The notes under the pieces were generated by a model. The model made no database searches, was not told the DNA's origin, and was given only the letters and a program-made list of their open reading frames with translations. From positions 24,428,001 to 24,492,000 of the forward strand of contig NW_026889761.1 of NCBI RefSeq assembly GCF_033153115.1: a stretch of 64,000 nt of DNA, in the 5' to 3' direction. A program made the translations under genes and the position numbers. Below, one piece after another: positions 43,022 to 55,783 of this stretch. Every line of letters begins with the position of its first letter. The stretch's first letter is position 1. Source of the DNA: Saccostrea echinata (lineage: Eukaryota).

Positions 43022-44478
43022 CTTCTGTAGGATTAAGTGCTGCTTGTCCCTGCTTCTGTAGGATTAAGTTCTGCTTGTCCCTGCTTTTGTAGGATTATGG
43101 TACTGCTTGTCCCGGCTTCTGTAGGATTATGGTACTGCTTGTCCCTGCTTCTGTAAGATTAAATACTGCTTGTCCCTGCATCTGTAAGATAAAATACTGC
43201 TTGCCCCTGCTTCTGTAAGGTTGGCTACTGCTTGTCCCTGCATCTGCAAGACTAAATACTGCTTGTCCCTGCATTTGTAAGATTGAATAATACTTGTCCC
43301 TGCATCTGTAAGATTAAATATTTCTTGTCCCTGCTTCTGTGAGATAAAATACTTCTTGTCCCTACTTCTGTAAGATTAAATACTGATTGTCCATGCATCT
43401 GTAAGATTGGCTACTGCTTGTCCCTGCTTCTGTAAGATTGGCTACTGCTTGCCCCTGCATCTGAAAGATTGGATGTTGCTTGCCCCCTGCATCTGAAAGA
43501 TTGGCTACTGCTTGTCCCTGTATCTGTAGGATTAAATACTGATTGTCCATGCATCTGTAAGATTGGTTACTGCTTGTCCATGCATCTGTAAGATTGGTTA
43601 CTGCTTGTCCCTGCATCTGTAAGATTAAATACTGCTTGTCCATGCATCTGTAAGATAAAATACTGCTTGTCCCTGGTTCTGTAAGGTTGGCTACTGCTTG
43701 TCCCTGCATCTATAAGATTAAATACTACTTGTCTCTGCATTTGTAAGATTAAATTATGCTTGTCCCTGCATCTGTAGGATTAAATACTGCTTGTCCCTGC
43801 ATTTGTAAGATTAATTACTGCTTGTCCCTGCATCTATAAGATTAAATACTGCTTGTCTCTGCATTTGTAAGATTAAATACTGCTTGTCCCTGCATCTGTA
43901 GGATTAAATACTGCTTGTCCCTGCATCTGTAAGATTAATTACTGCTTGCCCCTGCTTCTGTAAGGTTGGCTACTGCTTGCCCCTGCATCTGAAAGATTGG
44001 TTATTGCCTGTCCATGCATCTGTAAGATTAAATACTGCTTGTCCATGCATCTGTAGGATTAAATACTGCTTGTCCCTGCTTCTGTAAGGTTGGCTGCTGC
44101 TTGCCCCTGCATCTGAAACATTGGCTATTGCTTGTCCATGCATCTGTAAGATTAAATACTGCTTGTCCATGCATCTGTAGGATTAAATACTGCTTGTCCC
44201 TGCATCTGTAAGATTAATTACTGCTTGTCCCTGCTTCTGTAAGGTTGGCTGCTGCTTGCCCCTGCATCTGAAACATTGGCTACTGCTTGTCCCTGCATCT
44301 GTAAGATTAAATACTGCTTGTCCCTGCTTCTGTAAGATTAAATACTGCTTGTCCCTGCTTCCATAGAATTGGGTGCTGCTTGTCTTTGCATCTGTAAGAT
44401 AAAATACTGCTTGTCCCTGCATCTGTAAGATAAAATACTGCTTGTTCCTGCTTCTGTAGCATTAAATACTGCTTGTCC
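43022..44478. repeat. 31-bp minisatellite, about 47 copies, running into an assembly gap
   Basis: Unit ctgtaagattaaatactgcttgtccctgcat, with ggctac variants. Confidence 0.95.
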
Positions 44479-45687
44479 ANNNNNNNNNNNNNNNNNNNNN
44501 NNNNNNNNNNNNNNNNNNNNNNNNNNNNNNNNNNNNNNNNNNNNNNNNNNNNNNNNNNNNNNNNNNNNNNNNNNNNNNNNNNNNNNNNNNNNNNNNNNNN
44601 NNNNNNNNNNNNNNNNNNNNNNNNNNNNNAATCTCGAACTCAAAGGGACCATGAAAAATTTCAAAACATCTTAGGATTCTAAATATCCAGGGTAAAATAC
44701 TAAAAGAATAGGGTAAAGACTTATAAATCACTTAAATATATCCATGATTTTTAAGATATCAATGTTCGAGATACCAAAGTTNNNNNNNNNNNNNNNNNNN
44801 NNNNNNNNNNNNNNNNNNNNNNNNNNNNNNNNNNNNNNNNNNNNNNNNNNNNNNNNNNNNNNNNNNNNNNNNNNNNNNNNNNNNNNNNNNNNNNNNNNNN
44901 NNNNNNNNNNNNNNNNNNNNNCATATTTTTTAAATATTTTCTTTATGTATAAGATGAACCCCAACACCATGATGTTGTATATACAACTAAACATCAATGA
45001 GTTGGTGCCCATCTCAAAGGGCCTCGCTCTTACTAAAGGATATCAAGACGAAAGGGCATTGCAAAGGACCTTGACATTTGACTTGCACTTTCAATCCAAT
45101 GGCATTCTGGAAGATGTATGAGATTAAGCTCAAGGAAACACAAAACAATGATCATGATAATAATTTCACACAGATGTCTACTATGACCTTGAAACCTGAC
45201 CAAAACTTGGTTTAAAGCTAAAGTACACCACTAAACAAATTGGAATTCTATGGGTTACTGAGTAAATATGAGCTGAATAGAGCCAAGGCTTGTTATAAAA
45301 TAACACAAACCTCGTTGGATAAAAATCATATCCAACCATAAACCCTGGGAGATTTTATTATGTAAACAGAAATGTTGTTTACCACTGATCTTTGGTTTTA
45401 GAACTCTGCAAAGGGGAGAGAAATGTGCTCACTATGATAAAGATGACAAGACCTCGACTTCTGACCTAGAAGCTGTTCGTTACTTCACATCCTTTACCAC
45501 TTGGCACTATATATAGGTGAAGTATAAGCCAGAAAGGGCTACAATGAGAGAAAATATGCTCCAGATAAGGATTACATGCAGATGTGGTTTTTACTTTGAC
45601 CTTTTACTTAGAAAACTGGTTCAAGGTTACTGCAGTTTAAACCAGATTGAGCCAAGGGGTGAGAATGTATTCTGGATAAACAATATC

Positions 45688-45719
<32 letters not shown>

Positions 45720-46551
45720 TGATCATTGTCATGGCGGGCCCTAAATATTGAAAACAAAACCACTTACTTTACATCTACGTCTGGACAGAGATGCTGAGGT
45801 GAGGCGAGGGTTGTGGTGGATGTACAAACAGATGTGTGTGCAGATGAGACAGTCAAACATTAACTTAACAATATTGAAAACAATAAACATTGGAATTCAC
45901 ACGCTGAACAATATACAAATACATGGAAAATACAAAAAAAAATGCACTTATCAAAAAGGACATATACCAAAAATTGTAGAACACAGTACAATATATGCTA
46001 TAATTCAAATACTGCATAGAGGATTCTTTTTTATGAAAAAAAGAAAGCACCTAAATCTTATCTTTCTCCTGATCACATCTAAAATGTAGGTTAAATGCAG
46101 CATTCAATGACTATGCAGCAGATGCAACATTGTAAGTGGCAGCATGAGAGCCAGGAGACTATGCCAAAAATAGGCAATGTAGGTCAGATGCAGCATCCAA
46201 AGTAAGAATCAAAGTCAGCATCCAAAGATATACGATAAAGAACAAGATCAGTTTGGAACTAAATCTAAATAATGAAAACAATCTGAGCCAATTAATCAAG
46301 AATGTAAGTCAGACGCAGCATCAGAGAAAGCATCTATAGAAGCATCAAGTGCAAATTTGGTTTAATTACTGCTTGTGAGAAGCTGAGGATAAGTCTAAAT
46401 CATAAGTTCATTAACCCAAGTAACTAAAGCATAAAAATACAGTTCATATGCATTAGCAAAGATATGCATCAAATGAACGGTTGATATGGTCTCAGAATGA
46501 GACAGACAGACAGACATAGTGATAATAATATTATACATCAATACATTAATA

Positions 46552-46898
46552 CAGTAAAACTCGGTTTTAGCGAAGTTCTGGGGACCTGCGAATTTACTTC
46601 ACTATATCCATAATTTGTTATATCCGTATAACAAAGTATTTAAAGTATACAAAACGAGTTCGCAATACAGATTTTTTTCATTTAAGTATGTTTACCAAAT
46701 GTATTTAACTTCCAGGAGACACAAAATCAGTTCATTATAACCGTAAATTTGCTATATCCGAGTTCGTTATATTTGTACAATTTAAGAAGAAATTGTTATG
46801 AATTTCGCCGGGAATTAAAAAAAAAAATGCTATATCCGTAAATTCATTATATTGGATATAATGAATTTATCCGTGTTTGTACTAAACGAGTTTAACTG
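46552..46898. mobile_element. pogo/Tigger-like MITE
   Basis: TA-CAGTAAAACTCG ... CGAGTTTAACTG-TA. Confidence 0.8.
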
Positions 46899-48078
46899 TA
46901 CTAGTGTTGAACAACATGGAAACTTTCAAAATTTATCATCACTTATAATCAGTAGCTTTAAATTGATCAAGGATACAAATTGTCAGAGCTTTCAAAAAAA
47001 AATTCATGGCTAGCAGATGCCGTGTCAGGAAATTGAAGGTACGGTTTGTGTCCAATTTGTTTTGGGGAAAAAATGAACAAAACAATGCATACAGAAATGT
47101 TCATTATGCAAAGCACACTACATTTCATTTTCTCAGCAATGGAATTCATAAAATTCCTAAAGAAAGATTTGAATCGGTAAGCGTATGTCGATGGTCAACC
47201 AATTATCAGTGACAATCTTTTCATTACTTATCATAACTTAATACATTGAATAAATCAACCACGAAGTATAATTAAACAAATAGTTATACCTCAGAGAAGG
47301 AACCTATAATTAAAGATAAGTAAATAAATAGTGAAAAGAAATGGATCCCCACCTTCAAACATATAAACATTAAACTTTTACAGTAATCTTACTCCTAATG
47401 GAAAGATTTTATAAGGGAAATTTGATTACGAAATTTATTTCCTGAAATTGATACTGTTGTTTTAGACTGTATTTACAGAGAGAAGAAAAATGTCCTTTTT
47501 ATTTTTACAAAAATGAACCTCTGAGCTTACTGACAAATTACAGTAAACAGTAATGGGGTGGAAAACTGAAATTACCCATGTATTTACCGATTACAAAGTA
47601 CTAATAATTACTTCAATCTTAGAAAAATAAATAATAAAGTGAAATAATCTCAGTAAAGCAATAAATAATCAAATTTTAAATTTTAACTGAGCTCGCACAA
47701 TCTTGGGGATAAGAAAGGGAAATTTATAAGCTATGAATTATTTATGAAGTTTAGAATACAGGAAATCCATGAGATATACAAATTCACACAAACGCAATAC
47801 TATAATATATCTATATATACATTACAAATCAATAAAATTTTAACTTTAACATTGATCACAGACACATCAGGGACATCTCAAGGTCATAACTAAAAATTAC
47901 AGGTAAATGAATTAAAGGTAAATTAATGGAAATTACACACATCACAGTAGTAAGCCTAAATTAATAGTTTAATGTCTAATTCATATCCCCAAAAATTATT
48001 TTTGAAAATAAAGAAATATTAAATTGAGAACAAATTAGAAATTAGATTTGAATAATTAATGTAACAAATTTAAATTAC

Positions 48079-48149
48079 TCTCATGAATGCAGTGGCTAAA
48101 TAACGGTGTGTGCTTGAGTTGAGGTATTTAACCACTAGCCTTCATGAGA
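48079..48149 (-). ncRNA. Hairpin K1 with loop motif GCACACACCGU(U)
   Basis: + strand tctcatgaa..agtggctaaata[22-nt loop]tatttaaccact..ttcatgaga. One C/A mismatch becomes G-U on the minus strand. Confidence 0.65.
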
Positions 48150-48505
48150 AAATCGGAGAGAGAAAGGGGCTTCATTTTATCTTAATAATCAATTTAAGTA
48201 TTAAATCTAAAAATTTTACAAAGGACTGAAATAAAAAAAGGTAAAATCAGAATACTTGACTTTAGTCTAATTATAAAACAGAGGAAAGAAGATAAGTTCT
48301 AACAATACGTTCTAATTAACCAAAATATTCAAGGGACAAAGGATTTATAAAGGATCCTTGAGATGCCCCCCCAAAATATACAATGTATTTATACTACAAT
48401 GTAACCTAGATCTTCAAAAATATTTCCATGTGTTTAAAAAAATTAGCTTTTACTTCCTAAAAAGTAATCCCAATTACAACTATAGCATCCAAATTACAAC
48501 TATAG

Positions 48506-48735
48506 CAGGGGTTCGAATCCCACTGTGGGACGTGGAGACTGGTCCTTCAGATGAGACCGTATAAACTGAGGTCCCATGTCACAGAAGGTGTTGGCACAGA
48601 AAAGGCCCCTCACTGCTCAAAGGCCCTAAGTGCCAATCAAGTATAGGTCAAAATTTGTAGCTCTCCACCAGCAAGTGGTGGCGTCTCCATATGAGTGAAA
48701 AATTCTCGAGGGATGTTAAACAATAAACAAACAAC
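48506..48735 (+). mobile_element. 5'-truncated copy of the same SINE
   Basis: Starts at the B box. ACAACTATAGCA on both flanks is a probable TSD. Confidence 0.8.
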
Positions 48736-49476
48736 TATAGCAACTATAGCAGACCCGTGGAAAGGGGGGGGTTAGAAAAGATTATAAGTCCTACTTCATA
48801 AACCAAATAAATACTTAGGTTTACAATCAACAAGACCTATCTGAGACATACATAAAATGAATGCACAGTACAAATACAAAATATCAAACAAAATACTGAA
48901 CCCATCATGCACACACAGGAAGTAATGAAAATGGAAAAGTGGAAAAGAAACCCTCTTTACAATGAAAGCTCTAGATTTTACTTCTTTTCAATAATTTAAT
49001 GATTTCAATTTCTCTTTAGTGAAAATTTGAATAACTTTAACTTTAAAACCTGAAAAATTGAAATTGATGGAAAATAAATTTAACCCTATTTATCGATGAA
49101 AACAAGAAAGAAGGAATTAACACTTAGTCTTAAGAAATGAATATAAGCTTTTATTATAACTTTAATTAATGTCAATGCCTGTATGATGGTGATACTAAGG
49201 TCAACTTTAAATGAACACAAAATCCAAAGGGAGATTGTAAAAATTAACTAAACCATTCAGTTTAACTTGATCAGTCAACTTATTTTAGTTGTAGAAAAAT
49301 TTAATCACTAGTTATTGTAATTTAGGAAAATTCATAATTTAATTAACCTCTTGTTTAATTTTTCCTAAGTTTTTAATTTTATTTTAGTTTTAGATTTGAT
49401 TAAAATTAAAGAACAGGAGGAAAATGAAGCCCTTGGCACTATTTATTAACTAAATTAAACCTTAACATTTAGTTAC

Positions 49477-49547
49477 TCTCCTGAATAACTACATCTAAAT
49501 AACGGTGTGTGCTTTCATTGAGATATTTAGATGTAGTAACCAGGAGA
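49477..49547 (-). ncRNA. Hairpin K2 with loop motif GCACACACCGU(U)
   Basis: + strand tctcctg..actacatctaaata[22-nt loop]tatttagatgtagt..caggaga. Same geometry as K1 with different stem sequence. Confidence 0.65.
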
Positions 49548-49897
49548 AAATAAGGACAAATTTAAACTTATTTAAACTCAATATGGTCTTACAAAATTAG
49601 AATTTAAAAAAAGGGGGGTATATTTATGTTATTAACAAAAAGTTAATAATTCCTGAATTATTTATGTCTGAATGATATTGTGTATTGAGATTCCTAGATG
49701 GAAATTACAATATGACTTAGGAGAAAATCTAACTCAAATCTTACTCAAGTTTTATCCTTTAGATATTGAAATGAAAGGAGAAAATTTAATAATATTTATA
49801 GTGAAAAATTTAGGAAATTTAGGAAAAAAAATTACTCTTACTTAAATATAAACATTAGTTTTATACCTAACAGACTGAAGGGAAAGGGGGAGATTAT

Positions 49898-50443
49898 TTA
49901 AAAAGAGGTGAGAATAGGGAAAAGAATACCAGTTACTAAAGAGACATCCACATTCCTAAACAAATGCTGCACCAATTCTCCTCCTAATGCTGCAAAGCCT
50001 CGCCTCACAGGTTCCCTCATGGGTGATGGCTGTTCAGGAGGGATCTCTGTCATCGGTGACCCAAGGCTAGAAAGCCGAGGATGACCCTCAACAACCTGGG
50101 AAGACGGCAGTTCCATCTCCTCAGTCTGCCCAGCCTCCTCCTCCACTGGAACCTGAGCAGGCTGAGGAGATGGCAGCGCCACCTCCACGGTCTGGTCAAG
50201 TTCTAGCCAAGGAAGGGCTATGACTGGCTGAGGGGACGGCAGACTCACTTCCTCAGGCTGAACAAGCTCTAGCTCAGGAGCTGCTATCACAGACTGGGGA
50301 GATGACACAGCCACCTCTACAGTCTGCTCAAGCTTCTCCTGAGATAGATCCTCTACAGCCTCAGGGAGTGGCAGTGCCGCCTTCTCAGGCTGCTGAAGAG
50401 CATCATCAACCTTCACCATCGGCTTCACCCTGGACCTTCGCAC
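49898..50443 (-). CDS. Putative coding exon 2: acidic E/P/Q/S-rich low-complexity protein with ~22-aa internal repeats
   Basis: 181 open codons, GC well above background, pyrimidine tract plus AG directly before GTG 50443. Repeats such as QTVEVAVSSPQSVIAAPELEL / QPEEVSLPSPQPVIALPWLEL. Confidence 0.7.
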   Translation of the reverse strand: MRRSRVKPMVKVDDALQQPEKAALPLPEAVEDLSQEKLEQTVEVAVSSPQSVIAAPELELVQPEEVSLPSPQPVIALPWLELDQTVEVALPSPQPAQVPVEEEAGQTEEMELPSSQVVEGHPRLSSLGSPMTEIPPEQPSPMREPVRRGFAALGGELVQHLFRNVDVSLVTGILFPILTSF

Positions 50444-50664
50444 CTTAAAAGATAAAAAAGATCATATCAAAAACAAGAATAGAAATGATAAATATATATA
50501 TATAACTAACCAGAAGTCTCATCCACAAAGAAGTCTGGTCACACGAAAAACACATGTGCAATATAGAAGCACCAACTGTTCAAAAGCTATAGCCAATGCT
50601 AAAGTTTGGTCAAAGAAACTGGGGATAAGCCGAGCCATAGGCCTACATAACAACAGATAAAAAC

Positions 50665-52620
50665 ACAGGTAATCAGAGATTACAGAGCTCACCTCAACGA
50701 ATGTTGTCTTTAAGTAAGGCAAAGTCCCACACTAAGCTAATAATCTAGTAGTGTGCATCCCTAGATGCAACATTTATGCAAGTTTGGTCTGATAAGGCTT
50801 GCAGTTACTTGGGATTAATGGACTTATCTAAAAAAAATTTAAGCTAGTCACTCTTCCAGAAAATGCAAGTTAAACCCAGCATCTAAAGTAATTTGAGAGT
50901 GTTCATCCCTTGATACATCCATGCAAGTTTAGTTCAGATAGGCCTTATGAGACTTGCTGTAAAAACTTTACACTGGTCACTCATCTGGAAAATTAGATCA
51001 GATTCAGCATCCGAAGCAAGTCCAGTAGTGTGCATCCTTAGATGTATCATCCAATGCAAGTCTGGTCAATAGGGCATATTGTTACAATGTACTTGGAAAT
51101 GAGATCTGCTCCAAAAACTTTAACCTGTTCACTCATCAGGAAAATGTAGGTCAGATCCAGCATTCAATAAGCAAGCCTGGTAGTGAACATTCTTAGATGT
51201 ATCATCCATGCAAGTTTGGTCAATATAGGGCTTATAGTTACTTTGAAATGAGACTTGCACAAAGAACTTTAACCTGAACCAAAAACATTAACATGGTCAT
51301 TCTTTAGCTGAAATTGCAGCATCTGAAACCTTGACTGGTACAATGAAACACACTAGTAGAATTTTCTATGCACCTCTGATTAATGCATGGCGTAGAAGTG
51401 CTTAAAAAGAAAACTGCACCAAAACTTTAATCTGGGACGAGGGTATAACATAAGCTCCCCCCTCCCAACTTTGTTTAGGTGAGCTAAAAATGTTTGAAAT
51501 AGACAACATTATTTTTACATGCTGTTTGGGATTACTTACACATATCTAGAACAAGTGTCTGAATGGTAGTAGTTTGTAGTTAGTTTTGTTAGAATAGAAG
51601 GATTGATATAATATAATTTTGAAGATCAATTCCTGCAAAATCCCAATATTCCGCCTATCACAAGGACGTTGCACCAATAGATTTTGCATTGTTTCCATAC
51701 CTGATCACTTAACTGCATAGAGAGTGCTTTTTCAGATCTCACAAATATCCAATATGTCACAAAAGGCATTTATTTTAAATAAGTAAAATGTCTTTCTAAA
51801 GTAATTTGTCAAATCCAGCATCTGGAGCAAGTTTGAGAGCGTTCATCCCTTGATGCATCATCCCTGCAAGTTTGATTCAGATAGACCTTATAGTTACTTG
51901 AAAACGAGATCTGCTCCAAAAACTTTAACCTGGTCACTCATTTGGAAAATATAGGTCAGATCCAGCATCTGAAGCAAGTTTAGTAGTGTGCATCCTTAGA
52001 TGTATCATCCATGCAAGTTTGGTCAATATAGGGCTTATGGTTACTTGGAAATGAGATCTGCTCCAAAAACTTTAACTTGGTCACTCATTCAGAAAATATA
52101 GGTCAGATACAGCATCTGAAGCATTCGTTTAGTAGTGTGCATCCTTAGATGTATCATCCATGCAAGTTTGGTCAACATAGGACATTAAGTTACTTGGAAA
52201 TGAAATCTGCTCCAAAAGCTTTCATCTGGTCACTCATCCAGAAATTTTGTAGATCAAATCTAGCATATCTGAAGCAAATTCAGTAGTGTGCATCCTTAGA
52301 TGTATCATCCATGCAAGTTTGGTCAATATAGGGCCTATAGTTACTTGGAGAAAAGACCTGCTTCAAAAAGTTTAACCTGCTCCAAAAAGTTTAACCTGCT
52401 CCAAAAACATTAACATGGTCATTCCTTAGCTGAAATTGCAGCATCTGAAACCTTGACTGGTACAAGGACATATCTTAAGCATCCTCCATGCATCTCTGAT
52501 TAATATAGGGCATAGAAGTACTTGAAAAGAAAACTGCTCCAAAAGCTTTAATCTGGGATGCTGACACCGACGCTGAGGGTATTACATAAGCTTCCCCAAC
52601 TTCGTTGAGGTGAGCTAAAA
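50665..52620 (-). mobile_element. HINE-like elements with ~150-bp internal tandem repeats
   Basis: aggtgagctaaaa ends at about 51490 and 52620; inverted agctcacctcaacg at about 50687; tandem units gatgtatcatccatgcaagtttgg... Confidence 0.75.
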
Positions 52621-53510
52621 ATATGTTATGGACTTCGATGGTTTTTTTTTTAATGTTTTTGCTTGTCAGACTTTTTTCAGTGATGAAGAAAATATATAAT
52701 CTCTTCTTAATCTTATTGGAAATAAAGAATCTGTCATTCACCGACATGAAAATAAATAATCTGACTTGGTAAAATTTGCCATCCCCCACCCCCCAAATCA
52801 AATGGTCACCACCTAACCATGCAATCATCTAGTTTATTCATCAGTGCGAATTATACAGGGGAGAAAAGAAGATTTTTAAAGAAATCATGAATTTTCACAG
52901 ATCATTAAAGCCCCTCCCTTAACTTCAGAACCCATGACCCAGGGGCCATGAATTTTACAATTTTGGTAGAGGATTCAATGCTTATTACAAAAATGGGAAC
53001 CGTTCAACAGCTTAAATTCCAGGAACAAAGAAGATTTTTAAAGATTACACTAATTTTGATGGTTTTAGCCCCACCCCTTAGGTCCAGGGAGGCAGGAACC
53101 ATGATTTTCACAAATTTTGTTCCACTTTACTCATAGACGCTTTATGCCAAAATATGTTAAAATTATGGTTCAGTGGTTCCATAGAAGAAGCTGAAAATGT
53201 TCTAAATTAATGTTAATGGCTGACTAATGATGACAAACAAAAACAGATTACATTAATTATAGCAAAAAGGTCACCAGAGTGTCTCAGGAGGGGGGGGGGG
53301 GGGGCATATTTCAGAATAAATATTTCCAAACATGCTCATCACGGAGCCCCACCCTAATTACAAAATCCCTGTCTCAGGGGCCTTGAATTTCCCAATTTTG
53401 GAAGAACTCTTGTTTATCATAACCATGCACTTAGTCTGTATTTTAAATACTTAAGAGCATAGGGGATTTTCAATGAATGATTGCATTTTCAACCTATAAT
53501 CAATACTAGA

Positions 53511-53849
53511 TAGTTTTCGATAGGCCTGAATTTAGCAAGAGTTATTTCCCGTTGGCCGCCATATTGTAGGTCCAACTAGCGAATTTTCCTCTTTGAGCAA
53601 CCAATTTTAAACTTGTATGGCAGAAATATATATAAGGGCCAAAATCTTTAAAATACCAAAATTACAAATTAAAGAAAGCTTGTGTTAACATGCATAAATT
53701 CATAAGAAAAATTGTGTTTTCTTTAACAAATTACCCAGTATGACAAGTTTAAATTGGCTGAATCATGAAGGAATTTGGGCTTGTATATACCCCCAATGTG
53801 GCGACCAACAGGAAATAACTTTTGCTAAAATTGTGTCTATCAAAAACTA
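53511..53849. mobile_element. MITE with ~55-bp imperfect TIRs (TAG...CTA ends)
   Basis: tagttttcgatagg..ttagcaagagttatttcccgttggccgccatattg, with its reverse complement at 53795-53849. Confidence 0.75.
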
Positions 53850-54108
53850 TAACTATAACCTAAGAGCTATAATTCTAACACCAAAGCCTGACTAAGTGCA
53901 AGAGGCCATGAAAATCACTGTTTTTGGAAGAAGCACCTTTGCTCATAATATCTATAGATTAAGTTTCCGTCTGGTAAATATACAGGGGGCAAAAACAAGA
54001 CTTTTTAAATGAAATTTAATATAGATTTTTACTAAATGATCTCTATGTATTATTTTTCCTACTAGCTAGTTTGTATGATCAAAAATATAATCATTGACAA
54101 ATCCATGA

Positions 54109-54482
54109 TCAGATATATTGGAATAAACCTGCTAAAAAAGATTAACCAATAATTAAAGGTCACATAAACATCTGTATTACTTAACATGATTGAATTCATA
54201 GATCAGATCCTTTTATTTAACAGAATTAAATTCTTAAAGTACAAAAAAAAATGTACTGCTTGGGATCTAAATTTTTTAACACTTATCAGTAAAATGAGGC
54301 ATTAAGATCGGAGATCTAATGACAAAAAAAGATGATATATTGGAATAAACCAGTGCTAAACAAAGATTAACCAATCATTAAAGGTCATATAAACATCTGT
54401 ATTACTTAACACAATTTGAATTCATAGTTCAGATCCTTTTATTTAACAGAATTAAATACTTAAAGTGAAAAAAAAATGTAAT
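54109..54482. repeat. Direct duplication of about 145 bp
   Basis: gatatattggaataaacc...aaaaaatgta occurs at about 54112 and 54335. Confidence 0.85.
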
Positions 54483-55711
54483 GCCATATATATAGCTTCC
54501 TGGTGTAAGAGAGATATATAAAATTACTCATTACTTCTGTTTTGCCTACACTCAGTATCTAGCATTTTTATGTTTTGTATTGCTGTATGTTAATGTGTTT
54601 TCTTGTCCTTTTGAGTGTTTACAAATCATACTTACCCTACTTGTATCTCAAGGTGGCTGCAATAATGTAGCCCTCTCTAATTTTTTTTGGGGGGGGGGGG
54701 GGGGGGAAGGGGCCACAACTCCTTAGGATCTCTGTAATGGTGCAAGTGCGGGAGTGAATCACTCCCGCACTAATTTCGGCTCAAATTTTCAGTAAGTGGC
54801 TATTTTATTAATGTATCTTACCTGAACTCATAAAATGTAGTTAAGCAAGACATGAATTGATCCAAAAATATACAGAACAATCCATATATCGGTTATTTTT
54901 TGTGTATGTCAACATCAAAACTTGAATTTACCCTGGTATCCACCATGTTTACTCACCTGTTGATCGATTTTATTTTGGAACAACCAATGAGAATTCAGGA
55001 TCTAGGGAGCGTATCTTTTAGGATGTCCCTTAATTTAAACATAAATATCGCTGTGTATGAAAAAAAATATCACATGGAATGCTTTTATTTATCAATGGTT
55101 AGTGATACCATACAACACAAAAATTTATCAACAACAACATTTACTTTATCAAGTGATTCTACTTTCAAATGCAAGTCTCAGTACATCATGTGAGAACTGT
55201 CATGGCTGCTGAGGAGAACAACTGGTAAACAAGCAGATTTATTTTACATGGTTTTTGCGTATAAAGGGCTATGTTGTTGACAGTGATTAACATTTCCGTC
55301 TTATTGGAAGTAAGTTGTATGTAAAAAAAATTTTTGCCTGCAGTCGGCCGTATCTAAAAAATATATTTGCACCATTACGGAGATGCAGTGGAATTGTAGC
55401 CCTCTCCTGAAAATATCAGATATAAAAAAAAGGACTACATTATTGCAGCTAGTATCTATGTTATGTCCCCAAAGGGACCATGAATGGCAAATAATTACCA
55501 TTCTATTCTATTCAAAGTCCAGTCCAGAGGAATTACAGAGAGAGTGGGATATAACAACAAAATTCTATCTTGCCATAAAAAGTTTAAAGTATAATTAAAT
55601 TTATTCAGAGAGGGAGATGTAAATCAAATAGCACTCTAATCCCCTCCCTCTTCCCCTTTCCTTCTTAAATAACATTTGTTACAAGTGAATCTTTTATAAC
55701 TTATCACTTAC

Positions 55712-55783
55712 AGGAAAGTCCACGACGTAGTCACTGAACCACCGGGGGCGCTGTCGAATTCTTGTAGATCGTCTTGGCTCCAT
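55712..55783 (-). CDS. Putative coding exon 1 of an unknown ~205-aa protein (MEPRRSTRIRQRPRWFSDYVVDFP)
   Basis: GC-rich island. Acceptor ttattatag just upstream (exon starts 55790), ATG at 55783, phase-0 donor CCT|GTAAGT that matches the phase of the 50443 exon. Confidence 0.6.

Larger units (their letters stand above)
34245..44478 (-). ncRNA. Array of ~25 short duplicated exons, apparently non-coding (spliced lncRNA or decayed repetitive gene)
   Basis: Regular YAG acceptors and GTAAG donors bound approx. 42768-42867, 42043-42141, 41859-41934, 41033-41146, 40842-40943, 40635-40733, 40224-40328, 38464-38565, 38256-38356, 37760-38136, 37556-37655, 37093-37381, 36883-36988, 36515-36708, 36307-36411, 36051-36210, 35855-35952, 35643-35745 and others. 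Four exons translated by hand had stops in all three frames. Confidence 0.65.

Noticed and set aside
43362-44422. Repetitive minus-strand ORFs
   Set aside because: 31-bp period cycles through frames and hits stops.
44338-45121. ORFs spanning N runs
   Set aside because: Assembly-gap artefacts.
45767-45780. 13-nt microexon (ccag|ACGTAGATGTAAA|gtaagt)
   Set aside because: Good splice sites but no independent support without RNA data.
48079-48149. SECIS element (ATGA...AAA)
   Set aside because: ATGAA pairs Watson-Crick with TTCAT, there is no GA quartet, and K2 lacks ATGA.
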